Virus record (IMG/VR): IMGVR_UViG_2832410175_000003
Location: 1-64,000 of that record
DNA length: 64,000 bases
Direction: 5' to 3' (one strand)
Source: a virus
Taxonomy: Duplodnaviria; Caudoviricetes
The position numbers were made by a program, and so were the translations under genes. Each line of letters starts with the position of its first letter. Position 1 is the first letter of the stretch. A model generated the notes under the pieces. The model saw only the letters and a list, made by a program, of their open reading frames with translations. It did not search any database and was not told the DNA's origin. Positions 29,691 through 39,096 of the stretch are shown in pieces.

Positions 29691-30881
29691 TTATTTGAAC
29701 AGCTTAGCGAACAGTTTACTTGCGCTGCTTCTTACATCCTCATCAAGGTAAATGCACCCGAAGGACTTCTCGCCGCGCAGTTCATTACACATCTTTACCA
29801 GTGGATTGTTCGCAGTTCTGTCCACCAGTGACTGACCATAATCGCCGCTCAAGAAAATACGGCTGTTCTGGCCGAGACGGGTTCCTACAAGTCGAATCTG
29901 TGCTTCAGACAAGTCTTCCGCCTCGTCCACAAGCATAATCGTGTCGTTGTAGGTCGTGCCCTTCATATAATATGGGATGTTCGTATCAAGCTGGCCGCGC
30001 TGACGAAGAGCTTCAAGCTCAAACTCGCCGCCCTTCAGCTGCTGCTCAATCGGCAGGAAGAAGTTGCGCGTCTTGTCTTCGAGCGTTCCTTTCAAATAGC
30101 CGACCGGAGCGCCTTCCCCGGCAGGCTCGCGGATTCCCAACAGCTTGCTCTGGTTTCCCTTTTCGAGCACATGGTACAACCCCATCTGTGTGGTCAGAAA
30201 AGACTTGCCGCTGCCGTAAGTGCCGAGAATTGCCACAATGTCAATGTCTCGGTTCATCAGCAGGTCAAGCGCACAACGCTGAAGCGAGTTCTTCCCCTTT
30301 AGATAGCCGGAATGCGGCAAGCGCAGTTCAACAAACTTCTCGCCGTCGAATCGCATTTCGCTCGTCTTGCCGGTCTCCGTGTCTGTCAGCAGAAGATACT
30401 GATTCGGGAACATAGTAGCAGTGTCGAGCCGCTCCATGTACTGGTTGATTTCATCAGAAGTACCAGCGAACTGAACATATCCGGTATAGACATCATCCTC
30501 TACGTCAGAAGATGCTACTTCCATGTGATACAGCCCCCGCGCAATACAGCGACAGGAGAGGTCATCCGTCACGAATACAATCGGCTCTGCCGCGCGGGTT
30601 TGTGCCGCATCATAACAAATAAGGTAATCCGGGGAACCGTCATGCAGAGCGATAGATGTGCTCGGGATCACGGTAGCGTGGTTTGCCACCGTGTACATCT
30701 CTGGGTGACTATCCAGCAGTCGGGTCACCTTACGAGCCTTATGCTTGACCTCGGCATCCTTGCTGCGGCTGGTCTTGATATTCTCCAGTTCGCGTAGCGT
30801 CACCATAGAGATGTAAAAAGGCTCCGCGAACGCACGTTCACCGGCGTTCAGCAGAGCACAAGTGTCATAGAATTTCTTCAT
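29691..30881 (-). CDS. phoH: PIN-PhoH family ATPase
   Basis: N-terminal PIN (FYDTCALL...FVTDD); Walker A GTYGSGKS; DEAED; TRLGQNSRI.LSGD. Confidence 0.9.
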   Translation of the reverse strand: MKKFYDTCALLNAGERAFAEPFYISMVTLRELENIKTSRSKDAEVKHKARKVTRLLDSHPEMYTVANHATVIPSTSIALHDGSPDYLICYDAAQTRAAEPIVFVTDDLSCRCIARGLYHMEVASSDVEDDVYTGYVQFAGTSDEINQYMERLDTATMFPNQYLLLTDTETGKTSEMRFDGEKFVELRLPHSGYLKGKNSLQRCALDLLMNRDIDIVAILGTYGSGKSFLTTQMGLYHVLEKGNQSKLLGIREPAGEGAPVGYLKGTLEDKTRNFFLPIEQQLKGGEFELEALRQRGQLDTNIPYYMKGTTYNDTIMLVDEAEDLSEAQIRLVGTRLGQNSRIFLSGDYGQSLVDRTANNPLVKMCNELRGEKSFGCIYLDEDVRSSASKLFAKLFK

Positions 30882-31462
30882 GCGCCAATTACCTCATCCA
30901 CAAGACCATACTTGAGCATATCATCCGAGTCCATGTACCATTCGTAGCGTTCCATGCGCTCGTATTCATCCTCCGTGATTTTGGAATGAGAGAGTGTGTA
31001 GTCGCGAAGACGCTGTTCAAAGCGTTCCGTAAACTTAAACGTATCCTTCACCGATGAGCTCGTGCCTTCCATATAACTGGAGCCACCGTGCAGCAGGGCA
31101 GTAGAGTGCTTGAAGCACTTCTTGGTTACGTTTGGGTTGCTGTATCCGGCCATCAGAAAATAGCCGCCCATCGAATAGGCGTGGCCGGTCACCAAAATGG
31201 TTGTCGGAGTCTTGAGATTGTCAATAATATCACAAAGAGGCATGCCGTCAAACAGAGAGCCACCGCAGGTATTCAGTACAATCGTGATTGGCTTGCCGCT
31301 GCCGTCGTTGTCCATCTCCAGCAAGGGAAGCATGACGCTCTCGACAATACGGTCGTCAACCTCATCATTGAATACGATGCGGCGATCCTGCAAACCCTTA
31401 AAATACTGATAGATGGTCGGGTCCATTGCGTCTTTTGCAATATTCTCCAGAAAAAGTTCCAT
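30878..31462 (-). CDS. clpP: ClpP-like protease
   Basis: LNTCGGS, AYSMG (catalytic Ser), LLHGG, YGLVDEVI. Confidence 0.85.
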   Translation of the reverse strand: MELFLENIAKDAMDPTIYQYFKGLQDRRIVFNDEVDDRIVESVMLPLLEMDNDGSGKPITIVLNTCGGSLFDGMPLCDIIDNLKTPTTILVTGHAYSMGGYFLMAGYSNPNVTKKCFKHSTALLHGGSSYMEGTSSSVKDTFKFTERFEQRLRDYTLSHSKITEDEYERMERYEWYMDSDDMLKYGLVDEVIGA

Positions 31463-31522
31463 TTGGTTTCTCCTTAAATTTTAGAAAATTTGAGCGAATG
31501 CTCATTGGTGTGAGGGAACCCC

Positions 31523-31960
31523 TCAAATGTTGGCTAAAAAGCCGGCGCGAACCACAGAAATAAGCTCGCTGGAACCGTCAAGAGCCTTGACAGTTTCATC
31601 ATAAAAGCGGCGCGGATGCATCCACGGATAGTCGGCATTATTGAATACGTTCGGCGCACCAGTATCGTTAATCATCTGGGCGAAATATCCTGGGCCCGGA
31701 GGATTGCCGCTTCTTTGCGGCGTGTTTGCGGAGTTAATATCAAAGATACGGAGTGTGTAAGTTCCGGGAATTTCCGCAAATACTGTACCCAAACCACCTC
31801 GGCGAACATACTGAGTAGGAGAGTAGCTATCATAAACTACTTCCTGTGCCTTTTCTCGTATTTTCTTCTCCACAAGGTCTTTCACTTGATAGTTCAGTGT
31901 TTTTCTTGCCGAAGCCTTGGCGGCAGCTTCCAGAGCTGCAATACTCTTAAAAGTCTTCAT
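31523..31960 (-). CDS. Putative tail-completion protein
   Basis: VYDSYSPTQYVRRGGL and PRRFY motifs; position in the tail module. Confidence 0.55.
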   Translation of the reverse strand: MKTFKSIAALEAAAKASARKTLNYQVKDLVEKKIREKAQEVVYDSYSPTQYVRRGGLGTVFAEIPGTYTLRIFDINSANTPQRSGNPPGPGYFAQMINDTGAPNVFNNADYPWMHPRRFYDETVKALDGSSELISVVRAGFLANI

Positions 31961-31973
31961 AGGTCGCCTCCAA

Positions 31974-32981
31974 TCACTTTTCGGCTTTTTCTGCCTCCGC
32001 AGCGCGTTTGTTCTCAAAGAACTTGCTCAGTCGCTCGCTAGCTGGCACATCGTTATAAACCTGTACCATCGCGCTATTCGCCCAGCCGACTACATCGGTA
32101 ATATCACTCTCAGACATACCGTCACGTACCAGATTGGACACGAAAAGATGCCGCATAGAGTGCCAGTAGAACGGCTTAACCGTGAATCGGTCAATCGTCT
32201 GTGCCCAGCTGTTCAAAGTCTCGGCCGAAGCTTGCTCGTAACCCTTATCGGTTTTTGTCACGAACAGCCACTCGCTGTTAATGCTGAGGTCTTTACGCTG
32301 CTGTAACCAGCGTTTCAGGTACGGGTCAAATCCTGATTTTATAACGTAGCAGTCGATCATCTTAGCACCCTTGGTCAAAACCTTCTCAGGAGTGCAGTAA
32401 AAATAGTCAAAAACCACGTTTTCAGGCTTAAACCAGTCCACTTTGAATCGAGTCAGTTCCGCCTTTCGGCGACCGCTGTAGACCGCCAGAGCGAGAGCAC
32501 AGGCAATCTGAAACTTGCCCGCCTCGGTCAGCTTCTGCAGAATTACCTCCATCTCCTCGGTGGAGAAGACGCTCTTCTCACGGACGGGCGTATTCTGCGG
32601 GTTCTCAATCTTGCGGATAATCGGACGGAAGTCCTCGTATTCATCGTCAAGAATGTTCTCGATGTAGTTTGAGAGAGAAGAAAGCGCCGCCTTTACACGG
32701 CGCACACGGGCAGGGGAGTTGCCGTTCTCGTTGATAAGCCAGTTCTGGAGAGAAACAATTTCTCGCTTTTTCAAATCAATAAACGACTTATTCCCGCAGT
32801 TCTGGAGCACATAAGTGAATACGATAAGCAAGTCGCTCTTGTATCCTTTAATCGTGCCTTCACTGCGTTTCAGAGAACGAAGATACTCCAGAAAATCATT
32901 CATCAACTGAATGTTCTCCGGATTTATCTGCTTCGTCAGCTCCGGAGAGGTCAGCTTGTTCATCTGTGTCTGGCGTCCCAT
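31974..32981 (-). CDS. Tyrosine recombinase / integrase family
   Basis: SAM-like N domain; SGRRKAEL (R), TKG (K), HSMRH, VGW, VY catalytic set. Confidence 0.88.
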   Translation of the reverse strand: MGRQTQMNKLTSPELTKQINPENIQLMNDFLEYLRSLKRSEGTIKGYKSDLLIVFTYVLQNCGNKSFIDLKKREIVSLQNWLINENGNSPARVRRVKAALSSLSNYIENILDDEYEDFRPIIRKIENPQNTPVREKSVFSTEEMEVILQKLTEAGKFQIACALALAVYSGRRKAELTRFKVDWFKPENVVFDYFYCTPEKVLTKGAKMIDCYVIKSGFDPYLKRWLQQRKDLSINSEWLFVTKTDKGYEQASAETLNSWAQTIDRFTVKPFYWHSMRHLFVSNLVRDGMSESDITDVVGWANSAMVQVYNDVPASERLSKFFENKRAAEAEKAEK

Positions 32982-33561
32982 CTTCACCCTCCTTTCCGAA
33001 AAGGCCGTAGACGAGGTTGTCCGCTGCGGAATCATCCAGTGTGCCGGACAGCAGTGCCTTCGCAGTATCAACATCAATGCCGGTAATCACATTCTTCAGA
33101 CCACTCATCAGGTCAGTCGCCGCGTCTGCGATGCGGTCAAACGGGTTGGACTGGGTCATTGCCTGCATCAGTACCAATTCGGTATCAATCGCGGCGTTAA
33201 TCTGCTTGTAACAAGCCTCTTCCAGCTCAGCCAGCTTATCCTCGCCGATAACCTCTGCAATCAGAGCATAGATATCGGTCTTATACAGCAGAGCAGCTTC
33301 AAAGCCGCCATCCAGTGAGATATGCAGGTCAGTGCAAACCTTCACGACAGCGGAGCGGAAAGCCCAGTCAACCAGGCCAAAATTGCGGCCGTCACCGTCA
33401 TCAATATGCTGGCCGACCTCGTTTACAATAGTCGCACGCATCTTCGGGGTAATCAGCGGCTTAATCTTGATTGGAATAATAGTCTCGCCGATAGTGAGAT
33501 CCTTGGTTACAGACTCTACATACGGAGTCAGAGCCGCCATAATATCAGTCTTCTTGGACAT
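32896..33561 (-). CDS. Hypothetical protein (possible tail assembly chaperone)
   Basis: 221 aa acidic; overlaps both neighbours. Confidence 0.6.
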   Translation of the reverse strand: MSKKTDIMAALTPYVESVTKDLTIGETIIPIKIKPLITPKMRATIVNEVGQHIDDGDGRNFGLVDWAFRSAVVKVCTDLHISLDGGFEAALLYKTDIYALIAEVIGEDKLAELEEACYKQINAAIDTELVLMQAMTQSNPFDRIADAATDLMSGLKNVITGIDVDTAKALLSGTLDDSAADNLVYGLFGKEGEDGTPDTDEQADLSGADEADKSGEHSVDE

Positions 33562-34045
33562 TTTTCTTTTGTTCCTCCAAATTTTTAAGATACGCCAACG
33601 CGATGCAAAGCGCGTCGGCTTCGTCCGTCTCCACGGACAGGTTATAGGTTTCGCGAATCAGGTCGATAGCCTGTTGTTTCAGATTTTCGCGAGTGACGCG
33701 CCCTTGCTTAAAGCCGAGCACCTTGCGCCACTGAGTAGGCAGGTAAATCGTTACGGGAACCTGAAAAATGTGACAGTATCCCAGAATGACACCCTGCAGT
33801 CGGGCAAGAACAATAAGCGCCTGCGCCGACTTCATGTACATAACATCCTCGACAACCACTTGGTCGGGCTTGTATTTTGTGATGACATCACGAATAGCAA
33901 GACACATCTCCGTAAAGCGTATACTGCCATCTTTCTGGCTGTGCAAGTCGATCATTCCGTGACGGACATATTCACCGTCATCGAAAACAGCCCAGCCGGT
34001 TATCAAGGTTGATTGGTCAAAACTTAATACGCGCATTGGATTCAC
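33545..34045 (-). CDS. ruvC: RuvC-like Holliday junction resolvase
   Basis: LSFDQSTLITGWAV, VVVED, PTQWRK, DEADALCIA. Confidence 0.8.
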   Translation of the reverse strand: MNPMRVLSFDQSTLITGWAVFDDGEYVRHGMIDLHSQKDGSIRFTEMCLAIRDVITKYKPDQVVVEDVMYMKSAQALIVLARLQGVILGYCHIFQVPVTIYLPTQWRKVLGFKQGRVTRENLKQQAIDLIRETYNLSVETDEADALCIALAYLKNLEEQKKNVQED

Positions 34046-34876
34046 TCAACCTTTATTCAAAACACGCGCAATGACCGCTGCGAGTTCCTCTCGGGTTACA
34101 GCAGCCTTTGGTCGGAACTTCCCGTTCGCGTCTCCCTGCATAATGCCGGATACAACCATCTTCTCAACATAGGGTCGTGCCCAGCTTGCAATCTCGTTCT
34201 GGTCGGCCAGCTTCGCGAGCGGGTCTTCTTTCAGATACACACAGAACACATTGTCAACCGGTCGGTTTTCAATCGGCGTATTCACAACCTTGTTCTCGTG
34301 CATCTTGCGGACAGAGCCGCCGCCATCGAGGTTCATCGCATACTGTGCATCGTATTCAACGAAGATTTTCGCCATCTCGGCAAACTTCATGCCCGGTTTG
34401 TCTACCGTCAGGATGAGAAGCGTTCCATCCTCACGAACACCCACCGCCGATCGCAAGGTTAAGTAGTTGAGGTTAGAAGCATTGCCGTAAACGGTGTTTG
34501 CCTTGCCGTTAATAACGAGCATAGGGTATGCGGTCATGAAATATTTCCACTTCCGCGCCTTGTCAGTTCCGTATACCAACTTCGCCGGGTCGCTGCCAAG
34601 CACACCCATACCTGTAAAGCCGTTCTGGTAGTTCTGCTCCTTTCCGTCGCAGACAAAGGACATAACGTTGTGCCCGGTGGACATGTTGAAGAGACCGCCG
34701 TTAATCATGATCTGCGGTTTCTTTTCCTTACTGGAATAGTAACCGCCGAGTGTCTCTTTCGGGTCAGCGCATTTTTCAAAAGCCACAGCCTCAATCGAGC
34801 TGTGCGGCACGATGTCAAGCTGTGTATAGCTGTTGATCTTTACCGTCTGAAACGGTTTATAATCGGTTAAAGCCAT
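34046..34876 (-). CDS. Phosphodiester glycosidase (NAGPA) domain + SLH domain protein
   Basis: INGGLF, RSAVG, AMNLDGGGS; C-terminal SLH (WARPYV...GIMQGD..GKFRP...TREE). Confidence 0.85.
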   Translation of the reverse strand: MALTDYKPFQTVKINSYTQLDIVPHSSIEAVAFEKCADPKETLGGYYSSKEKKPQIMINGGLFNMSTGHNVMSFVCDGKEQNYQNGFTGMGVLGSDPAKLVYGTDKARKWKYFMTAYPMLVINGKANTVYGNASNLNYLTLRSAVGVREDGTLLILTVDKPGMKFAEMAKIFVEYDAQYAMNLDGGGSVRKMHENKVVNTPIENRPVDNVFCVYLKEDPLAKLADQNEIASWARPYVEKMVVSGIMQGDANGKFRPKAAVTREELAAVIARVLNKG

Positions 34877-34946
34877 TCGCGTTCGCCTCCATTCAAAAAA
34901 TTTTCGTTTTATTTGCAAAATGTAAAGAAACCGAGGACAAAAACGG

Positions 34947-35228
34947 TCATTCCTCGGTTGATACACTTACATCCGCGTCATATACATCCTCAGCAGGACG
35001 CGAATCCTCATAGGTGATGGTCGGAATCTCTTCGACAACGGGAGTTTCTACGACCGGTTCCTTCGCCGCAGCTTCAGCGGCTTTGCGTGCGCGAACAGTG
35101 TCTACCCAGATGTTCCAGCATTCGGGCGAGCATGCTACAGCACGCCAGCTGCCGATCTGTTCACACTTCTCGCAATGGTGATACTTTTTACCGCAGACTT
35201 TGCAGACTGCGTTCAGATATTCAGCCAT
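34947..35228 (-). CDS. Small Cys-rich (Zn-finger) protein
   Basis: CKVCGKKYHHCEKC...WRAVACSPEC. Confidence 0.7.
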   Translation of the reverse strand: MAEYLNAVCKVCGKKYHHCEKCEQIGSWRAVACSPECWNIWVDTVRARKAAEAAAKEPVVETPVVEEIPTITYEDSRPAEDVYDADVSVSTEE

Positions 35229-35252
35229 AATAGTTTCCTTTCTTATTTAATG

Positions 35253-35328
35253 TGGCACGAGTGCTTCGAGTCGAACGAAGATCATACGGTTTTGGAGACC
35301 GATAGCGTACCAATTAGCCCACACTCGC
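35253..35328 (-). tRNA. tRNA-Trp(CCA)
   Basis: 76 nt cloverleaf; anticodon loop CTCCAAA; T arm CTTCG-TTCGACT-CGAAG; encoded CCA end. Confidence 0.85.
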
Positions 35329-35333
35329 ATGTA

Positions 35334-35426
35334 TGGCAGAGATGGTTGGATTCGAACCAACGAGCGAGAGCGTTACCTCCCTTGGCGGAGTCAAATTCCG
35401 CTGCCTTACCGCTTGGCCACACCTCT
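35334..35426 (-). tRNA. tRNA with UUG (Gln) anticodon and long variable arm
   Basis: 93 nt; D arm GCCAAGCGGTAAGGC; anticodon arm GCGGA-ATTTGAC-TCCGC; T arm GTTGG-TTCGAAT-CCAAC; CCA end. Confidence 0.85.
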
Positions 35427-35430
35427 GTAT

Positions 35431-35455
35431 AAAAAGGGAGGCTCGAAAGCCTCCC
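35431..35455 (-). terminator. Hairpin/terminator after the major tail gene
   Basis: GGGAGGCT-TTCG-AGCCTCCC-TTTTT. Confidence 0.7.
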
Positions 35456-35470
35456 GATGAATCAGATAAC

Positions 35471-36274
35471 TTAGGCTACCAGATAGATGTTCCAGAGGGT
35501 CTTATCCTTGGCGCATACGTCGGTCAGAGTCTTAGCGCTGAACGCATGAACAGCCGGCTCGTCGCCGATATCCAGAGTGTAGTTGCCGTCGATCTTAGCC
35601 TTCGGAATCTCGAGAATTGCATGGTGCTTGATGTTCTCGTCGCACTTCTCAGCAACGGTGCAGTCAACCAGAATGCGAGCATTCTTCGAGAAGTTGTCTG
35701 CGATGTTGGAAATCTTGCGGCCCTCGGTGATCTCGTGGTCGTAAGCAACGTAGATCTCGGAACCCTTCTTCAGGTCATCAGCTGCGAAGGTGATGGTCTT
35801 CTCTGCAGCATTAACAGTGAAGGACTTGCCCTTAACCGGGGTGTCAGCAACAACAGTGTACTCAGCACCCTGCGTGCCATCGCTTGCAACCAGCCAGATG
35901 CGCTTAACCTCAGCACCCTCAACGCCTACCGGAACGTAGGACAGCTTAGCGGTAGTGTCGGTGTCCAGCTCAACGCGCTCGAAGTTCGGAACCTGAATCT
36001 TGTTGTCCTCAGATGCCTCTTCAATGTCGGTACCAGCCTGAGCAGCCAGCAGACCGGCTACGAGGAATGCGTTGTTCCAAGTAATCGTTGCAGCCTTGTT
36101 ACGGTCGAGGGATGCGAGCAGCATGCCCATCTTACCGGTAACATCGCTGGAATCAACGGTGTTCTCCAGAGAACCATCCTTAATCTGGTCGCACAGTGCG
36201 TACAGCTCACCGGTGGTGATGTCGTAGATAGACGCCAGATCGAAGGACTCCAGAAGGAAATTCTCCATATTCAT
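35471..36274 (-). CDS. Major tail protein
   Basis: Highly biased codon use, strong SD, position after head-tail genes. Confidence 0.7.
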   Translation of the reverse strand: MNMENFLLESFDLASIYDITTGELYALCDQIKDGSLENTVDSSDVTGKMGMLLASLDRNKAATITWNNAFLVAGLLAAQAGTDIEEASEDNKIQVPNFERVELDTDTTAKLSYVPVGVEGAEVKRIWLVASDGTQGAEYTVVADTPVKGKSFTVNAAEKTITFAADDLKKGSEIYVAYDHEITEGRKISNIADNFSKNARILVDCTVAEKCDENIKHHAILEIPKAKIDGNYTLDIGDEPAVHAFSAKTLTDVCAKDKTLWNIYLVA

Positions 36275-36318
36275 AGTGTGTCTCTTCCTTTCTTTAGTGT
36301 AAGTTAGTAAAGGAAACC

Positions 36319-37044
36319 TCAACTCAGGTTCCCTAACCAGTTCAGAGCGTCATCGCTGATGCTCTTTTTATCCAACGTGCCGGCATACAATCCGGCCGTC
36401 AGTTGCCTTGCTTCGGTGATTTTTTGTGTCCGCTTTAAGCTGTCATAAAACACAAAAATCCGCACATCCCAAACCGTATCGGGGTTGTATTTGAACCCCT
36501 CATGGTTGCAGAGTGCGGAAATCAAAGGGAACAGGACAGATTCAAAGTGCTGGTGGCGGCGAGCGTACTTTGCAGCACGTCTCTCCTTAGCCAGCATATA
36601 TTCTCTGTCATGCTCGGTTACCGTCTTGACGATCTTCTTCGTCATCGAATGCATCTGACGAATGAATGACGTGATCTGTTGATAGACCGCATTGTCAACG
36701 ACGGATTGTGTTTTAGGATTGTATAAGCGAAGCTGACCGTCCTGCGGATTGAGCTGCGGCTCATAAGCAGATAAGTCTAAATCTCCGAGTAAAATACGGG
36801 TATCATCTGGTGTTAAGTTGCGAGTGAGCATCAAGAACAGTTGAAAGTCCGTGATCTCCTCGTATCGGATACCCATGTCATCAAGTGCCACCATAAAGTC
36901 GCTCGGCGAACCACAGATAGCGGAAAGCATCTGAAAATAACGCTCTTCGCCAAAATCTGCAATCTCTCCGAGTGTCGGCTGCCGCACTTGGATTAAGTCA
37001 TTGATGACCAAAGGGTCGCCTCGGTACATTTTCAGGTCATTCAA
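36319..37044 (-). CDS. Conserved phage protein (tail assembly region)
   Basis: QPTLGEI...GE..YF motif; 241 aa. Confidence 0.65.
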   Translation of the reverse strand: MNDLKMYRGDPLVINDLIQVRQPTLGEIADFGEERYFQMLSAICGSPSDFMVALDDMGIRYEEITDFQLFLMLTRNLTPDDTRILLGDLDLSAYEPQLNPQDGQLRLYNPKTQSVVDNAVYQQITSFIRQMHSMTKKIVKTVTEHDREYMLAKERRAAKYARRHQHFESVLFPLISALCNHEGFKYNPDTVWDVRIFVFYDSLKRTQKITEARQLTAGLYAGTLDKKSISDDALNWLGNLS

Positions 37045-37544
37045 TGAATATTGGCCTGCCCCTTCTTCAGGTCATTTCCACGAATTGCAGTGAACTGCAG
37101 TGTTCTGAAATAGTATTGCTGGGCAGACATAACGCCTTCCTGCTCATTTACGAGTTTCAAACGGAACATGCCGAGGCTGCGGTTCCAGTTGAGCGTTTCT
37201 GAAATATCTCCGGCGAGAATATCAGTGCGCGTACCTTTCTGTCCTTTTACCTGCATATTGGTAATCGGGCAAAAGGCCGTCACTGTTACAAGCAACTGCT
37301 TGAATCGGTCGTTCTCCAGCGGGCCATTGGAGTCAATGGTCACACCGATGAAAGTGCCAACCTCCTCCTGAATATTAGCCAGCTTTACATACGGGAAAAT
37401 ACAAACCCATTCAGCGGTATCTGGGCAGTCAGGGTCAACCTGCTCGTTGTCCAGAATTTCAATGATTTCAGGATTGGAATACAGCAGCTTGATGATCTCT
37501 CGCTTGAGCTTCGTTACTTCGGACTGCTTGTCTCCGTTTCTCAC
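37041..37544 (-). CDS. Putative tail terminator/completion protein
   Basis: IFPY...RTDILA motif; synteny. Confidence 0.55.
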   Translation of the reverse strand: MRNGDKQSEVTKLKREIIKLLYSNPEIIEILDNEQVDPDCPDTAEWVCIFPYVKLANIQEEVGTFIGVTIDSNGPLENDRFKQLLVTVTAFCPITNMQVKGQKGTRTDILAGDISETLNWNRSLGMFRLKLVNEQEGVMSAQQYYFRTLQFTAIRGNDLKKGQANIH

Positions 37545-38563
37545 GAAACCACCTCCACATCCAGACTTCCTTCAATATCGCCATGCTTAGCGATAAGCTG
37601 AACCACTGCGCCTTGCAATTCGACAAAATCCATAGCCGCCAGACGAGCAAAAGCGCCGCTCGGTGTCAATGTGAATTTGTCCATTAGCACTCCGTCTACA
37701 GCAATACTCCACTCAAACTCAGCATCGAGAATCTCATTGTCCGCACCGTCATACAGATGCGCGGTGAACTTCTTAGCTGAACCACCTTGACGAATCGTTG
37801 CGTTACCGTTATAGGTAAACGTAATTTTCCCGTCATCGGCAGGGGATGGTGTTGGGTCTGGCATTTGCGCCGGTTCAACATAATCGCAAAGGAGCAAGTC
37901 CTTGCGGTCGGTCTTGGGGTTGTAAAGGTCTTGTGTTAAGTTGAGCACCAAGAATCCGCGAATCTCGCCGCTCTGGTAAGAACGCGCGGTAATGGTATCG
38001 ACAGCAGTAACCTTGTACGTTTTTGGGCTTTCGCCGATGATTTCGAGCATGAATCGCTTGTCTACGTCGATAAGAGAGGTCTCTTCGTCGAACGTAACCT
38101 GAATCTTGTACTCACGACTGGAAACTGTGAGCGGTTTTGACTCATCCAGATTGGAGTAATACGGCTTTTCGGCCGTAATCCAGCGGCGAAGAATCTCGCC
38201 GGTATGGCGATTCTGCCAGATAAGCTCGCGGTTGCAGAGCTGCATAATGCCCTTGGTGTATACTTCTTTGTTCTGATCAACTTCTGTGATCAGCCACTTG
38301 GCATTAAGTGCATCTACCACATCACCCGCATAAAATGTTTCGCCCGGATAAGCGTAAATACGGCGGGTGTTGGTAACGCTCTTGTTTTTTGCCACAATTA
38401 GTTCTTGTTGTTTTCCATTGACCTTCGCTTCCGGCTGATAATCAATCGAATCTTTGAAGTGATTTGCAAAGTCCTTTTGAAGAGCAGCAATACGCGAGTC
38501 TTTGGCATAAGTGGCTTCTTTGCCGAAACAAATCCAACGGTTTTTTTCCAGCGCGTTCATCAA
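37541..38563 (-). CDS. Putative head-closure/adaptor protein with C-terminal Ig-like domain
   Basis: WLIT...KGIMQLCN..L.W motif; synteny. Confidence 0.55.
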   Translation of the reverse strand: MMNALEKNRWICFGKEATYAKDSRIAALQKDFANHFKDSIDYQPEAKVNGKQQELIVAKNKSVTNTRRIYAYPGETFYAGDVVDALNAKWLITEVDQNKEVYTKGIMQLCNRELIWQNRHTGEILRRWITAEKPYYSNLDESKPLTVSSREYKIQVTFDEETSLIDVDKRFMLEIIGESPKTYKVTAVDTITARSYQSGEIRGFLVLNLTQDLYNPKTDRKDLLLCDYVEPAQMPDPTPSPADDGKITFTYNGNATIRQGGSAKKFTAHLYDGADNEILDAEFEWSIAVDGVLMDKFTLTPSGAFARLAAMDFVELQGAVVQLIAKHGDIEGSLDVEVVS

Positions 38564-39075
38564 CTTTCCTCCGTTTCGTAGGAGGTATAGTCAATACTGC
38601 GCTGCTTACCGGTCGTTCGGTCTCTGCGAGCATAACGGTCGAGCTTTACCTTGTTCTCCTCTACGACCGTATTGTACATAGCCATAAAGGTCTTTCGGTC
38701 ATTAGCAGGGGAGAATACCTGAAGGTCGCTCGGCGTATATTGGTGCTGGAATGCACGGAGCTTGGAAATATCTCGCTTCAGATAGCCCTCATACATCAGG
38801 TTGGCGAGAAGGTCGATTTCGAAGGGAGTTAAGTCAGCAGTGAAAAACTCCTTTTGTTTGCGCCCTTCGCCTTCCGTATAGGTGTCAGTGAAGTCGATTT
38901 CAGCATCGCATTCCATCTGCATTCTGATTGCGGCGTCGCGGAGCAGAGCTTTCGCTCGCTGAAGGGCAAGCATGTAACTCTCTTCATCAGTCGCTTCATA
39001 GTAGTTGAAAAAGTCACGATCTTCTTCGATCAGGTCGAAAAAAACATCGTAGACAGATTCACAAGGAGTGGACAT
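38560..39075 (-). CDS. Putative head-tail connector
   Basis: STP..VYDVF...DLTPFEIDLLANLM...FSPAN; follows the capsid region. Confidence 0.6.
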   Translation of the reverse strand: MSTPCESVYDVFFDLIEEDRDFFNYYEATDEESYMLALQRAKALLRDAAIRMQMECDAEIDFTDTYTEGEGRKQKEFFTADLTPFEIDLLANLMYEGYLKRDISKLRAFQHQYTPSDLQVFSPANDRKTFMAMYNTVVEENKVKLDRYARRDRTTGKQRSIDYTSYETEES

Positions 39076-39096
39076 TGGGCGTACACCTCCTCGTGC

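Noticed and set aside
31974-32981. Prophage boundary or att site at the integrase
   Set aside because: The gene is internal to the late operon with phage genes on both sides; no host genes or att repeats seen.
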